A stretch of 32,675 nucleotides of DNA from a virus (IMGVR_UViG_2663763159_000003:1-32675); one strand, 5' to 3'; numbered from the stretch's first letter, positions 9,677-19,169 are shown. Made by a program: numbers and translations. Notes: generated by a model not told the origin, from the letters alone.

Positions 9677-10895
9677 CGTTCTTTTCCTCTTTGCCTTTCG
9701 TATCTTTAAAGTTATTCAACGGATTTGCTGCATTTACGCTGACCAGCATTTCATCCAGACCGTCAACCGGGTTCATATCCTCAAATACCCTGGCTTCATT
9801 CCGACTCATCCAGCCATCTGTAATGGCAAAGTGATAGAACTGCGCACGCTCCTGTGGGGTCCCACGGAGCAACCCCGTGAGGTTGAAACGAACGTAATAC
9901 CCGGCAGCCCGTTCTGTACGGGTAAACAGGCGACGGTTAAGCTCCTGCTCCCAGTTCGCAACCCAGGGCATCATCGTGTAGCGAACAAACTGAATCGCCT
10001 GCTGCGTAATATTCGAAAATGTGGCTTTTTCCAGGTCATTAATCATGTGCGCCGGGACATTAAAAATCCCGGCAATCATCGACCGGTTCAGCTTGGTCAT
10101 ATCAATGATCTGAGCATCCACCGGAGAAACTGTCAGAGCGCGGTAATCCAGTTGCGCAGGCAGCAACATGGTTTTATTTTCCTGGCTGCGAAGCGCTGTC
10201 ACCGCCCGCTGCCACATATTTTTAAGCCTGCCCCAGCTTTGTTCGTTCAGTTCATTTTTCACAGAAATAATACCGGCAGGACGGGCATTACCGTTAAAAA
10301 AGGCGCTGGTATACTGCTGGCCACTCATTCCCATACCAATGGTTTCAGCATGCTGCATGATCGGGCTCAGTCCCATTTTCTGATTGTTTCCCAGCGCCCT
10401 GATATGGATCATGTCGTCCGGACTTACCGCAAATGCACCCTCTTCGTTATACACCCCGTAAGTATGACGCCCACCGGTGTTAAGTAACGTAGTTTCCCAT
10501 GGCATACAGCATTCAAGGCTGGTAACCTCTCCACGACGATTACGTTTTACCCACGTATAACCATTGCCCCACCCCAGCACATGACGCTGCTTCAGTTCCC
10601 GCCACTTATAGCTGGTCTGCCAGGCATTCGGTTCATCATGAACGAGCCAGAACAACGGATGATCGCGTGCAGGCTGAACATGCTCATTCGTTTTTCGCAT
10701 CACATGCAGGGGCATCTGAGCCACACTGGATGAAATAACATAAATACAGGCATAGACAGCAGCCAGCTTCATGGATGTTTCCGGACTGACATACACATCC
10801 CGGGCAAAAATATTATCCGTCTCAGCGGCCTCTCCGGTTACCGGAACCGAGGGATTTTCCAGAGGCTCACTGCGAAACAGAGCATCAAGAAGCAT
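9669..10895 (-). CDS. Portal protein (HK97 family)
   Basis: 408 aa downstream of large terminase. Confidence 0.9.
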   Translation of the reverse strand: MLLDALFRSEPLENPSVPVTGEAAETDNIFARDVYVSPETSMKLAAVYACIYVISSSVAQMPLHVMRKTNEHVQPARDHPLFWLVHDEPNAWQTSYKWRELKQRHVLGWGNGYTWVKRNRRGEVTSLECCMPWETTLLNTGGRHTYGVYNEEGAFAVSPDDMIHIRALGNNQKMGLSPIMQHAETIGMGMSGQQYTSAFFNGNARPAGIISVKNELNEQSWGRLKNMWQRAVTALRSQENKTMLLPAQLDYRALTVSPVDAQIIDMTKLNRSMIAGIFNVPAHMINDLEKATFSNITQQAIQFVRYTMMPWVANWEQELNRRLFTRTERAAGYYVRFNLTGLLRGTPQERAQFYHFAITDGWMSRNEARVFEDMNPVDGLDEMLVSVNAANPLNNFKDTKGKEEKNDE

Positions 10896-11025
10896 GTTTT
10901 CTCCTCATGGACACCACCAGTGCATAAAGCAGCAACAAACAGCCCGACAGCATCAGAGACGCTGGCAGACCTGCATACAGATAAACGCCAGCAGTGAGCA
11001 AACCGAAACCGATCAGCCCGGTCAT
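10885..11025 (-). CDS. Small hydrophobic protein (46 aa, one or two TM helices), hypothetical
   Basis: ATG at 11025, product MTGLIGFGLLTAGVYLYAGLPASLMLSGCLLLLYALVVSMRRKHAS, stop overlaps portal start; below the ORF-track size cutoff. Confidence 0.3.
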   Translation of the reverse strand: MTGLIGFGLLTAGVYLYAGLPASLMLSGCLLLLYALVVSMRRKHAS

Positions 11026-11042
11026 ATCAGTAATAAGCTGTT

Positions 11043-12800
11043 TCACAGAATTAACAGGTCCTCATCAGGATCAAGCGTGGACAGAAAGTCATTCACGCCC
11101 CCGCCATTTACCAGAAAGCGGCTCATGGCCGTAAAAAGTGCAACAGGGCCGTCGATTTTGGCTTCAGGCGTGGATTTATTCGGAAAGATGTTGTCGTTTT
11201 TGTCCGGTTTTACCGTAACGTTAGACATCATCCAGTTCATGACCGGATGATTGCTGTGATGGAAACGCCCGGCATAAACCAGTGATTCCGTTTCCTTCAT
11301 GGCCTCTGACAGATTGCGGACCGTCTGCGGAACCTCCACCAGCGGTATCCCTTCTTCAGCCAGTGCCAGGCTGAACTGCATTGCGCTCCACGGGTCAAAT
11401 CCCAGTTCCCTGAGGTTTTCACCGCCAATCCATTCCAGTAAGTCACTTTTTATCTGAGCATGATCGATAACATCACCATCCGTCAGGATGAGCTTATCCA
11501 TCTCCGCCCACTTCCGGTAAAGTTCTGCCTGCTGCCGCGAGCATCGCTCCAGCCGTCCTTCCGGAAGCCAGAATTTAAAATCAGCATGAACATGTCCGTT
11601 ATCGGTTCGCCAGAGTTTTGCCGCCGCACAGATATCAATCTTATGAGCAAGGTCTACGCCGACCCACATGGGATATGTTTTCAGCTCATGTTGTGGAGCA
11701 ATGTATTCGCACTTCTCCCACTTAATCATATCCATCCAGGCAGATTCGGCAGTGACCCACACATTCATGTGTTTGGTAAAAAAATTCACCCGCGCAGAGA
11801 CCTGCTCCTTCGCTTTTTTCGCCAGACGACGCAGATCATCCCAGCGTTTACAGATGCCCAGGCCAGGATTCGCTTTCTGCCAGACCGTTTCATCAAACGG
11901 ATCATCTCCCTCATCGAGCGTGTAAATGATCGCAAAGTAGGAGTCGTCTTTTACCGCGCCCTCCACGTCGCTGTTATAGCCTCGCAATACCTTAATGGCG
12001 TAATCGCGCTGCTCGTAGCAAATCCCTTCCTTGTTAAAGCCAGCCGTGGTGATGCCAAATAACAGAGACTGCAGACGGGCACCGGTTGCCGTTTCCAGAA
12101 CGTCCCACACGTCACGGGTTTTATGAGCATGCAGCTCATCAATAATGGCGCAGTGGATGTTCAGACCGTCCAGGTTGTTTGCATCCGAGGAAAGCGGTTC
12201 AAATTTTGATGCGCTCTGCTCCTGGTAAATCGCCAGCTTGTTGAAGTCAAACAACCGCCCGAGTGTCGACCGGGCTTTTCTGACCATATTTTTGGCGTCT
12301 TCAAACACGATTCTGGCCTGATCACGCGTGGTTGCGGCTGAATACACCTCAGCACCACCTTCACCATCTGCCCCCGTCATATACAGACCGATACCCGATG
12401 ACAGGGTTGATTTTGCGTTTTTACGGGCGACTTCGTTGTACGCCGTCCGGAACCGGCGCACCATCACCGGGCGTCCGCTGCCATCGCTGCGCATGACAAC
12501 TTCCCCGGTCTCTTCATTCACCAGCGGAATGACAAAACCAAAAATATTAATGAGGATAAATACATGCCAGTCCATCAGTTCAATGGGCTGGCCTGCCAGC
12601 GCCCCTTTCACATGGGGCACAAATTTGTAGAAATTAAGGATGTGCTGCGCACGGGGTTCACTAAAATAAATCCCCCGCTCTTCGCCGTACTTCAGATCAT
12701 CAAGAAAACGCTGGCAGGCCAGACGGACAAATTCGCCAGCGACAATTTCTCCTGCAACAACACGTTCGGCGTAGCGGATCCCGTCAGCCACTTTTGCCAT
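11043..12800 (-). CDS. Terminase large subunit
   Basis: 585 aa; Walker-type ATPase N-terminal half and acidic nuclease motifs; start overlaps small-subunit stop (ATGA). Confidence 0.9.
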   Translation of the reverse strand: MAKVADGIRYAERVVAGEIVAGEFVRLACQRFLDDLKYGEERGIYFSEPRAQHILNFYKFVPHVKGALAGQPIELMDWHVFILINIFGFVIPLVNEETGEVVMRSDGSGRPVMVRRFRTAYNEVARKNAKSTLSSGIGLYMTGADGEGGAEVYSAATTRDQARIVFEDAKNMVRKARSTLGRLFDFNKLAIYQEQSASKFEPLSSDANNLDGLNIHCAIIDELHAHKTRDVWDVLETATGARLQSLLFGITTAGFNKEGICYEQRDYAIKVLRGYNSDVEGAVKDDSYFAIIYTLDEGDDPFDETVWQKANPGLGICKRWDDLRRLAKKAKEQVSARVNFFTKHMNVWVTAESAWMDMIKWEKCEYIAPQHELKTYPMWVGVDLAHKIDICAAAKLWRTDNGHVHADFKFWLPEGRLERCSRQQAELYRKWAEMDKLILTDGDVIDHAQIKSDLLEWIGGENLRELGFDPWSAMQFSLALAEEGIPLVEVPQTVRNLSEAMKETESLVYAGRFHHSNHPVMNWMMSNVTVKPDKNDNIFPNKSTPEAKIDGPVALFTAMSRFLVNGGGVNDFLSTLDPDEDLLIL

Positions 12801-13282
12801 CAGTCTCTCGCTTTTAAAAGCTCCGCCAGCGGATCAACATCATCCGGTCCGGCGGTATTTACTTTCGCCCGACTTGCCGGTGACATACCAAATTCTGCAA
12901 GCATCGCCCGGATCCGCTTCCAGGCATCCGCTTTCATCGCAGCAGCCGGGTGTGCCTTAATCAGCACATCACCGTTCTGCGTTTCCGTGCGGTAGGTATA
13001 CCCCTCAACATCGAGTGTTTCGCAGTGATGCCGGTATTCGGTGTAGGCTTCCACCAGTAACTCGAGTGCACGCGCATCAAGCTGAGAAATGATCCCTTCC
13101 GCATTCAGTTCTTCCGCCATTCGCCTGAACCAGTACTTCCCCTGCGACCCTAAATGTTGCGGAATTTTAGGGAGACATTTTTCATCCTTTTTAGCGGTTT
13201 TTTTTGGGTCTTTAACGGGGCGCTTTGAGGGGTTGCCTCGTATCAAATGCAGGCGTGGCGGGGTTTTCAGGGGTCCTGACAT
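12800..13282 (-). CDS. Terminase small subunit (P27 family)
   Basis: 160 aa, basic N-terminus, immediately upstream of and coupled to the large subunit. Confidence 0.8.
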   Translation of the reverse strand: MSGPLKTPPRLHLIRGNPSKRPVKDPKKTAKKDEKCLPKIPQHLGSQGKYWFRRMAEELNAEGIISQLDARALELLVEAYTEYRHHCETLDVEGYTYRTETQNGDVLIKAHPAAAMKADAWKRIRAMLAEFGMSPASRAKVNTAGPDDVDPLAELLKARD

Positions 13283-13429
13283 AATCGGTTTTACCTATCA
13301 ATCATTTAATCACATTCCAAAAAAAAGTTTTCAAACCTGCGGCGATGCGAGGAAAGGTCAGGCGGCGGTACTGAGCAGCCAGGGCTGCAGGGATTTGACC
13401 CACCCCTCCCCTACAGATGGGAACTGTTA

Positions 13430-13780
13430 TCAATTGATGCGTTCGCGCGCTGTTTTTGCTTTATGGCAGGGCCAGCACAGACTCTGCAGGTTACTGTCTG
13501 CATCCGAGCCACCATGAGCTTTCGGAATGATGTGGTCCACAGTTCTGGCTTCAACGGCTCTCCCATTGCGCAGGCAGTTCTGACACAGATCATTATCACG
13601 CTTCAGTATGCGCGCACGTATGGCATCCCATTTCGAGCCATAGCCACGCTGGTGGCGACTCAGTCCGCGCTGATGCTGTACCCATCCTTCGCCACGATGT
13701 TTATCGCAGTAACCAGAACTGTCTGTGGTTGTACCTGCACATCCACGTTTACGGCAGGCTCGTGGGATTAGTGCTGGCAT
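13430..13780 (-). CDS. HNH endonuclease (terminase-associated)
   Basis: 116 aa with Cys pairs, DHIIP.AHGG and CWPCH motifs. Confidence 0.85.
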   Translation of the reverse strand: MPALIPRACRKRGCAGTTTDSSGYCDKHRGEGWVQHQRGLSRHQRGYGSKWDAIRARILKRDNDLCQNCLRNGRAVEARTVDHIIPKAHGGSDADSNLQSLCWPCHKAKTARERIN

Positions 13781-13918
13781 GTTTCGCCCTTATATAAATC
13801 AAAAGTGACCTGCATTGAGTATCTCCATGAAATAGATTTGCCGCTGATATGAGCCAGATCAATAGACTTCATGAGCTAACGGGTGTAGATATTACTTTTT
13901 ACTTCAGAGGGTTAACTC

Positions 13919-14458
13919 ATGGATATTAAGGATAAAATCAATACCATTTTGTTATGTGACATTGCCATCCACCTAGGTATCGAAACTGATATTGATCCAC
14001 AGCTTGTAAAATATGCTGTGTCATCTGGTAATGATTGGGTTATGAAGGCCGAATATTCACATTTGGATGTTGATGAACCAAGTAAAGAAGATCGTGATTT
14101 TGTTACTGCTGTCTTGAATATGTACCGCGGACTTTCCAATGCTTTCAGGAAACTTAGTGATGACGAGCAAAAAGAATTAGTCCGTGACCATCATCTAAAA
14201 ATACATGATGGGGAAATTCAGCTCCCAGGTTTCGACGGTCATAATGAATGCGATTACTTCAGTATCATTGAGGCATATCAGAAAATTGATCGCTTCCCCG
14301 AACAGAAACAGCCCATTGCCAATACTCATTCACGTACAGAACATCTCTATAACGCAATGCTTGATGAGTTTAAGAAAATTGACGCTGTAAATCGAAGCTG
14401 GGATTTATCGAAGGAAGAACTGGCATCCATTCTTTCCACAGCTCCACGCAGTTTCTAA
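13919..14458 (+). CDS. YfbU-family (UPF0304) protein, opposite-strand moron in the bor slot
   Basis: 179 aa; motif pattern (VLNMYRGL, GFDGHNE.DYF, LSKEEL) aligns by recall with E. coli YfbU; GAGGG RBS; AT-rich. Confidence 0.6.
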   Translation: MDIKDKINTILLCDIAIHLGIETDIDPQLVKYAVSSGNDWVMKAEYSHLDVDEPSKEDRDFVTAVLNMYRGLSNAFRKLSDDEQKELVRDHHLKIHDGEIQLPGFDGHNECDYFSIIEAYQKIDRFPEQKQPIANTHSRTEHLYNAMLDEFKKIDAVNRSWDLSKEELASILSTAPRSF

Positions 14459-14463
14459 GTGCT

Positions 14464-14730
14464 TTAGGCGGGTTTCCAACCCGCCTTATTATGCTCGTAT
14501 ATAGAGAAGGAAGCACCCAAATTAACCAGCGCGGATTTCTTTTCCTCAATACGGCTGTTAAGTTCAGCAACTGCATGCGGGCGTATGGCCTCAAGAAAAG
14601 CACTATATTGATAGGCAGACTGGATTGTCACACCAAGCCCTGCACCACTTTCCAGTATACCTTTCTGTCGCTGTAGCTCTTTCATCTCGTTATAGATGTA
14701 ATGTGCGTTACTTAGGTTTTCTACGTTCAC
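14464..14730 (-). CDS. Hypothetical 88-aa protein convergent with the YfbU-family gene
   Basis: ORF only; no recognised motif; could be non-coding. Confidence 0.3.
   Translation of the reverse strand: MNVENLSNAHYIYNEMKELQRQKGILESGAGLGVTIQSAYQYSAFLEAIRPHAVAELNSRIEEKKSALVNLGASFSIYEHNKAGWKPA
14469..14493 (+). terminator. Hairpin terminator downstream of the YfbU-family gene
   Basis: ggcgggtttccaacccgcc followed by ttatta; perfect 6-bp stem. Confidence 0.4.
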
Positions 14731-14885
14731 GCCCTAAGTTCTTCCTGCAGTTAGCCTGCACTGATTTGTTATGCGCCAATATGTCCCGCTTCGTCTGTTG
14801 CATTATCATAAGTAATAGCGTAGGTTGACACCTTGGCTCTCTTTCGCCACCGGCGAATCTTTAGCGGATTATCCTTGGCCGGTTT

Positions 14886-15368
14886 TTATCTGAGACATTG
14901 CTCACGAATGTATAGCTGTGCCCCTTCCAGTTGCTTCTGCATCGTCATCAACCGTTCTCTGAGGGTGAAATAATCCCGTTCAGCGGTGTCTGCCAGTCTG
15001 GGGCTGGTTGCATTATCCACGCTGGTGGGTCCGGTGGCTTCACGCACGGCTGCGGAGCAACTGGCATTGACCCGCAGGCGCTTACGACCAGCGGCAACAT
15101 CAGCGCGCAGAGTTTCATTTTCAGCTTTCGCATTGGCTAATTCTCTCGAGTACTTTGCATCGAGCGCAGCAACATCACGCTGACGCTGCTGCATGTCAGC
15201 GATGGTGGCGGTCAGCTGCTTCAGCTCACTGACTTTTTTATCACGCTGTTCTTTGTAGGTGATGGCGTTATCACGGTAATGATTGACCGCCCACGACAGG
15301 CAGACGATGATGCAGATAACCAGAGCATAAATAATCGCGGCGACTCTGCTCACTGATCTATTCCCCAA
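14886..15368 (-). CDS. Rz: Inner-membrane spanin Rz (i-spanin)
   Basis: N-terminal TM helix then coiled coil; embedded Rz1 in +1 frame; follows endolysin. Confidence 0.85.
   Translation of the reverse strand: MGNRSVSRVAAIIYALVICIIVCLSWAVNHYRDNAITYKEQRDKKVSELKQLTATIADMQQRQRDVAALDAKYSRELANAKAENETLRADVAAGRKRLRVNASCSAAVREATGPTSVDNATSPRLADTAERDYFTLRERLMTMQKQLEGAQLYIREQCLR
14948..15133 (-). CDS. Rz1: Outer-membrane lipoprotein spanin Rz1 (o-spanin), embedded in Rz
   Basis: Signal peptide with lipobox LVVSAC, proline-rich mature part. Confidence 0.8.
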   Translation of the reverse strand: MRKLKMKLCALMLPLVVSACGSMPVAPQPCVKPPDPPAWIMQPAPDWQTPLNGIISPSENG

Positions 15369-15883
15369 CAGGCTAATGCGCTTTCCTGGTCACGACGAAT
15401 AACCTGTCCATAGCAGTTATTTGAACGTATGCGGCAATCGCGCCCACCATCTTTTATCCACCAGCGAATCGCCTCGCATGCGCCCTTACGATCACCAGCA
15501 TTCAGCCGCTTATAAAACGTCGATGGAAAACACTTACCGGGGCCAATGTTATAGGGACAAAATGACGCGATACCCGCTTTTTGTGGTTCGGTCAGTGGTA
15601 CTTTAATATTGCGCTCCACCCATGCCAGCGCCTTATCACGCTCAATGGCGTTGACCTGGTCGCATTTTTCCTTCGACAGTTTCATACCGGGAAAAACGGG
15701 TTTTCCATCCACCATCGTGGCACCCCGACAGATGGTCCAGATGCCGGAACCATCGCGGTATGCCGTTGTGTGGTTACCTTCTTTTTCATCCAGAAACTGG
15801 TCGAGAATATCAGGCGCGGGCGCACCGACGGCAATCAGTGCCAGAACGGCAGCCGACAGGCCGTATCTGATTTTTGCGTTCAT
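15350..15883 (-). CDS. R: SAR endolysin (T4-lysozyme family)
   Basis: N-terminal signal-arrest-release helix [15 protein letters not shown], catalytic spacing E-x8-D-x5-T. Confidence 0.9.
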   Translation of the reverse strand: MNAKIRYGLSAAVLALIAVGAPAPDILDQFLDEKEGNHTTAYRDGSGIWTICRGATMVDGKPVFPGMKLSKEKCDQVNAIERDKALAWVERNIKVPLTEPQKAGIASFCPYNIGPGKCFPSTFYKRLNAGDRKGACEAIRWWIKDGGRDCRIRSNNCYGQVIRRDQESALACWGIDQ

Positions 15884-15946
15884 GGATATTTATCAGGATT
15901 TATCGGTTTCTGCCCACGGACAGGTTTATCTGTTCCGGTCAGTGAC

Positions 15947-16297
15947 TTAAGGTTGTGATTCCGGAGGAGTCTTCAGAGAACCAGTAATTCTTCCTGGTAG
16001 CTTTCCTTTGTAGGTTATCCACACATTCTGCGCCTCTAAAATTACGGGGCGCTTTTCCGGCGACTGCTCATCCCCTTCACATAACCCGGCAGCAACATCC
16101 AGGAAGACCTGTCTGATGCTCCTTCTGGCTGCTGCCTCATAAAACTCCAGCGCGGCACCTTCAACACGGTCCAGCGAGATGTCCAGGTCAAAAATTTCGC
16201 CGTCAAAGCGTTTTTTGTCCCGTAACGCTAAAGTTACCGTAACTTTATTCTCAAAATTGCGGATCCCTTTCACAATCAGTTCATAGTTTTGAGTCAT
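15947..16297 (-). CDS. Hypothetical 116-aa protein inserted between holin and endolysin
   Basis: ORF with ATG start 5 nt downstream of holin stop; no TM segment; no recognised motif. Confidence 0.65.
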   Translation of the reverse strand: MTQNYELIVKGIRNFENKVTVTLALRDKKRFDGEIFDLDISLDRVEGAALEFYEAAARRSIRQVFLDVAAGLCEGDEQSPEKRPVILEAQNVWITYKGKLPGRITGSLKTPPESQP

Positions 16298-16301
16298 TGA
16301 A

Positions 16302-16517
16302 TTACTCTCCCCGTGCAGCCTTACGCTTGTCTTCTCTGATTTTGAAGTACAGATTTGTCAGATAAGTCAGGAAGCCCAGAACCAGACTCCCCAGTACACC
16401 AATCGCAGCCCACTGTGACGGACTGACCTGATCCAACCACTGCAAAAACCAGTATCCCGCACTACCAGCGGATGTTCCGTAGGCAATGCCAGTTGAGATT
16501 TTGTCCATTGATTTCAT
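16302..16517 (-). CDS. S: Pinholin, phage 21 S-type
   Basis: 71 aa, matches phage 21 S as recalled ([23 protein letters not shown]...), two TM segments, dual-start MKSM. Confidence 0.9.
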   Translation of the reverse strand: MKSMDKISTGIAYGTSAGSAGYWFLQWLDQVSPSQWAAIGVLGSLVLGFLTYLTNLYFKIREDKRKAARGE

Positions 16518-16635
16518 AGCAACGCCTCCGCCAGTAACGGATTGCGTAGTTCTTATATTGGGAAGGGAGAAAAAGAAGACCGCAGCATAACTATCACTGA
16601 TGAATTCAGGACATCCAGTGGCTACGGCTCAGTTA

Positions 16636-16711
16636 TGGTGCTGGTTAACGGACTTGAACCGCTACCCATTCGCTTACAAGGCGACCGCTCTACCATTGGA
16701 GCTAAACCAGC
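16636..16711 (-). tRNA. tRNA-Thr(UGU)-like, 76 nt with encoded CCA
   Basis: Hand-folded cloverleaf: acceptor GCUGGUU/AACCAGC, D-arm GCUC-CAAUGGUA-GAGC, anticodon loop CUUGUAA, T-arm AGCGG-UUCAAGU-CCGUU. Confidence 0.6.
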
Positions 16712-16716
16712 ATATT

Positions 16717-16791
16717 TGGCGGGACAGCGTGGACTCGAACCACGATAAGAAGGTTAACAGCCTTCCGTAATGACCTTTATACGACTGACCC
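16717..16791 (-). tRNA. tRNA-Asn(GUU)-like, 75 nt, deviant D-arm (possibly degenerate)
   Basis: Anticodon arm GAAGG-CUGUUAA-CCUUC, T-arm CGUGG-UUCGAGU-CCACG, acceptor with one U-U mismatch, CCA encoded. Confidence 0.45.
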
Positions 16792-16793
16792 AA

Positions 16794-16882
16794 ATAAAAA
16801 AAGCCACCGTTGCAACTTAAGAGTCACTAACGGCAGCTTATGCGAATAGTGTTGCTCATTTGCTCAATGATGTCAACACGTT
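16794..16882 (-). promoter_or_regulatory. Late promoter / qut / tR'-like region downstream of Q
   Basis: Position only; imperfect hairpin plus 7-U run (plus 16796..16836); no promoter hexamers confidently assigned. Confidence 0.3.
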
Positions 16883-17428
16883 CTATGCTACATGTTTAAT
16901 TTTCTCTACACGTTTCCGGTTTTTAAACGCACTATCCAGAACCGGGTAAATCATAAACAACGAGGCATTGAGGATTTCGTCAACTTCCCGTCGACAGGTT
17001 GCGAGCGATGGTTTTTGAATGCGCCCGCCGCCCCGGCATAACATCTTGCGAGGTCTTGCGACGCGATGATAGTAAGATGCAATGGCGTGCTTGGAAGAGC
17101 CGTGGGCGTAGTAGCTGAGGAGGATGCCAAAGGCTTTCTTGTCAATGTACATGACGGAATCGACGACCTGAGAAATCAACATTCCATCATCATCATTACA
17201 CATTGGCCTTGTCATAACTCTTCCCGGCTCTACGCTCTCCATGAACTTAGCTATTACGCTGCTCATGCGCTTTTCCAGACGACCTGAATAAACCCATGCG
17301 CCCCACAGTTCAAGCCAGCCATTCAGCCACTCGTGCTGTTCTTTGGTGAGGTTTAGTTCTCTTATGCCCATGCGCCTTCTCCCTTGTGATCTGGAATGGT
17401 TTTTACTGAGAACGTCATGCGGCCTCAC
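16883..17428 (-). CDS. Late-gene antiterminator Q (non-λ Q family)
   Basis: 181 aa; WGAW...C.DDD...YY pattern shared with E. coli prophage Q homologues as recalled; position between ninG and lysis genes. Confidence 0.75.
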
Positions 17429-18029
17429 TTCTGCTGTTTCGCAGGTCTTTGAGTTTCTGCTGATACTCCGCCTTGATGGCCCTGCACTCTTCGACAGTCC
17501 AGCGATGGCGGTTATGGTTTGATTCGATTTCGTCTACTGCTTCCTGCCCGATGCGGCTAATCAGTTCGACGCGATACGGAACGAGATTTCCGCTTTTGTG
17601 CTGGTTGCACACCACGCATTGCTTGTGAATATTGCGTTCATCAAATCGGAGTTGAGGTGCCGCAGCAGTTGTCCGGTAATGTCCGGCATCCCACTGAGCA
17701 GACGTGAGCGTTCCGCAAGAGATACATGGTAAGTCGCGGTCTCTTTCTCTGATGAAGGCGTTTACGGCTTGTTGGGCTTGTTTAATCCAGTAACTGCGGG
17801 GCTTTAAGGCGAGTTTTCTAATCTTAAGTTTATCTTTCTGTTTCTGCTCCTCTCGTCGTCGTTTCTTCTCTGCTGCTTTTTCCGCTTTTTCGCGTTCTTT
17901 ACTTCGTCGTTCGAGTGCTATCTTGGTTCCACACTCTGGAGAGCACCACCACTGATTAGCGAATGCAGGGTGAAACCATTCCCGACATTCATCGTTTTTA
18001 CATCGTCTTCGCGCTGGTTTAGCCATCAT
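17415..18029 (-). CDS. ninG: NinG (Rap) recombination-associated endonuclease
   Basis: 204 aa, Cys-rich ends and Lys/Glu-rich linker, matches λ NinG as recalled. Confidence 0.9.
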
Positions 18030-18231
18030 CTTCTTCCTCGTGCATCGAGCTATTCGAATCGCTCATCAGCTCTGCACAGCAGTACTCACACACGTGAACT
18101 TCCAGCACATGCAGCTTCTGACCGCAATTAGCGCACGTTAAAGCCCGCTCGACGCTTTCTTGTTCGTAACTTCGATTTGGGTCAATCACCTTGTATTCCT
18201 CGCACGATGTCTTAGCCACCGGATATCCCAC
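18019..18231 (-). CDS. ninF: NinF
   Basis: C-terminal [33 protein letters not shown] matches λ NinF as recalled. Confidence 0.8.
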
Positions 18232-18368
18232 AGGTGAGCCGTGTAGTTGAAGGTTTTTACGTCAGATTCTTTTGGGATTGGCTTGCGTTTATTTCTGGAG
18301 CGTTTCGTTGGAAGGTATTTGCAGTTTTCGCAGATGATGTCGGTGATACTTCGTCGCTGTCGTCTCAT
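18186..18368 (-). CDS. ninE: NinE
   Basis: Start taken at internal Met ([19 protein letters not shown]...), matching λ NinE as recalled. Confidence 0.75.
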   Translation of the reverse strand: MRRQRRSITDIICENCKYLPTKRSRNKRKPIPKESDVKTFNYTAHLWDIRWLRHRARNTR

Positions 18369-18805
18369 GCCGCCCTGTCTCCCCATCGCGCTTTCCATTC
18401 GAGAGCCAGTCGCGCTTCGTCCGACCACTTAACGCCACGCTCTGTACCGAATGCCTGTATAAGCTCTAATAGCTCCGCAAATTCGCTTACACGCATCCTG
18501 CTGGTTGACTGGCCTATTACCACAAAGCCATTCCCGGCAAGGTTAGGAACAACATCCTGCTGCTTTAATGCTGCGGTAAACACACACTTCCAGCTTTCTG
18601 CATCCAGCCAGCGACCATGCCATTCAACCTGACGAGAGACGTCACCAAGGCAAGCCCAAAGCTTTCGATTCTGGTCTAAGCTGCGGTTGCGTTCCTGAAT
18701 GGTTACTACGATTGGTTTGGTTGGGTCTGGAAGAATTTGCTGTACCGCGTGAATAGCGTTTTGCTGATGTGCTGGAGATCGAATTTCAAAGGTTAGTTTT
18801 TTCAT
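18365..18805 (-). CDS. ninB: NinB (Orf) recombination mediator
   Basis: Start at [15 protein letters not shown]..., matches λ NinB as recalled. Confidence 0.9.
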   Translation of the reverse strand: MKKLTFEIRSPAHQQNAIHAVQQILPDPTKPIVVTIQERNRSLDQNRKLWACLGDVSRQVEWHGRWLDAESWKCVFTAALKQQDVVPNLAGNGFVVIGQSTSRMRVSEFAELLELIQAFGTERGVKWSDEARLALEWKARWGDRAA

Positions 18806-18878
18806 GACTTCCCTCTCCCCCAAATAAAAAGGCCTGCGATTACCAGCAGGCCTGTTATTAGCTCAGTGATGTAGATGG

Positions 18879-19169
18879 TCATCTTTTAACTCCATATACC
18901 GCCAATACCCGTTTCATCGCGGCACTCTGGCGACACTCCTTAAAAATCAGGTTCGTGCTCATCTTTCCTTCCCGTTCTTCCCTGGTAGCAAACCGGTAAT
19001 ACACCGTTCGCCAGACCTTACCTTCGATAACCAGAAGACCTGCCCGTGCCATTTTAGCCGCGGCCTGATTTATGCTGGTTACTGTTGCGCCTGTTAGCGC
19101 GGCAACGTCCGGCGCACAGAAGCTATTATGCGTCCCCAGGTAATGAATAATTGCCTCTTTGCCCGTCAT
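18879..19169 (-). CDS. ren: Ren
   Basis: 96 aa, matches λ Ren as recalled. Confidence 0.9.
   Translation of the reverse strand: MTGKEAIIHYLGTHNSFCAPDVAALTGATVTSINQAAAKMARAGLLVIEGKVWRTVYYRFATREEREGKMSTNLIFKECRQSAAMKRVLAVYGVKR

Noticed and set aside
9831-10487. 218-aa plus-strand ORF antisense to portal (also 11460..12062 antisense to terminase)
   Set aside because: Shadow ORFs within confidently assigned structural genes.
13283-13429. Possible cos site between HNH gene and small terminase
   Set aside because: Plausible by position, but I could not identify cohesive-end or terminase-binding motifs by eye; not annotated.
16518-16635. Searched for a third tRNA or a toxin gene (stx-like) between the tRNAs and the holin
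   Set aside because: No cloverleaf or T-loop motif and no ORF; the tRNAs are followed directly by the holin.
16542-16748. 68-aa plus-strand ORF
   Set aside because: Overlaps the two tRNA-like genes on the opposite strand; reading frame is an artefact of structured RNA sequence.
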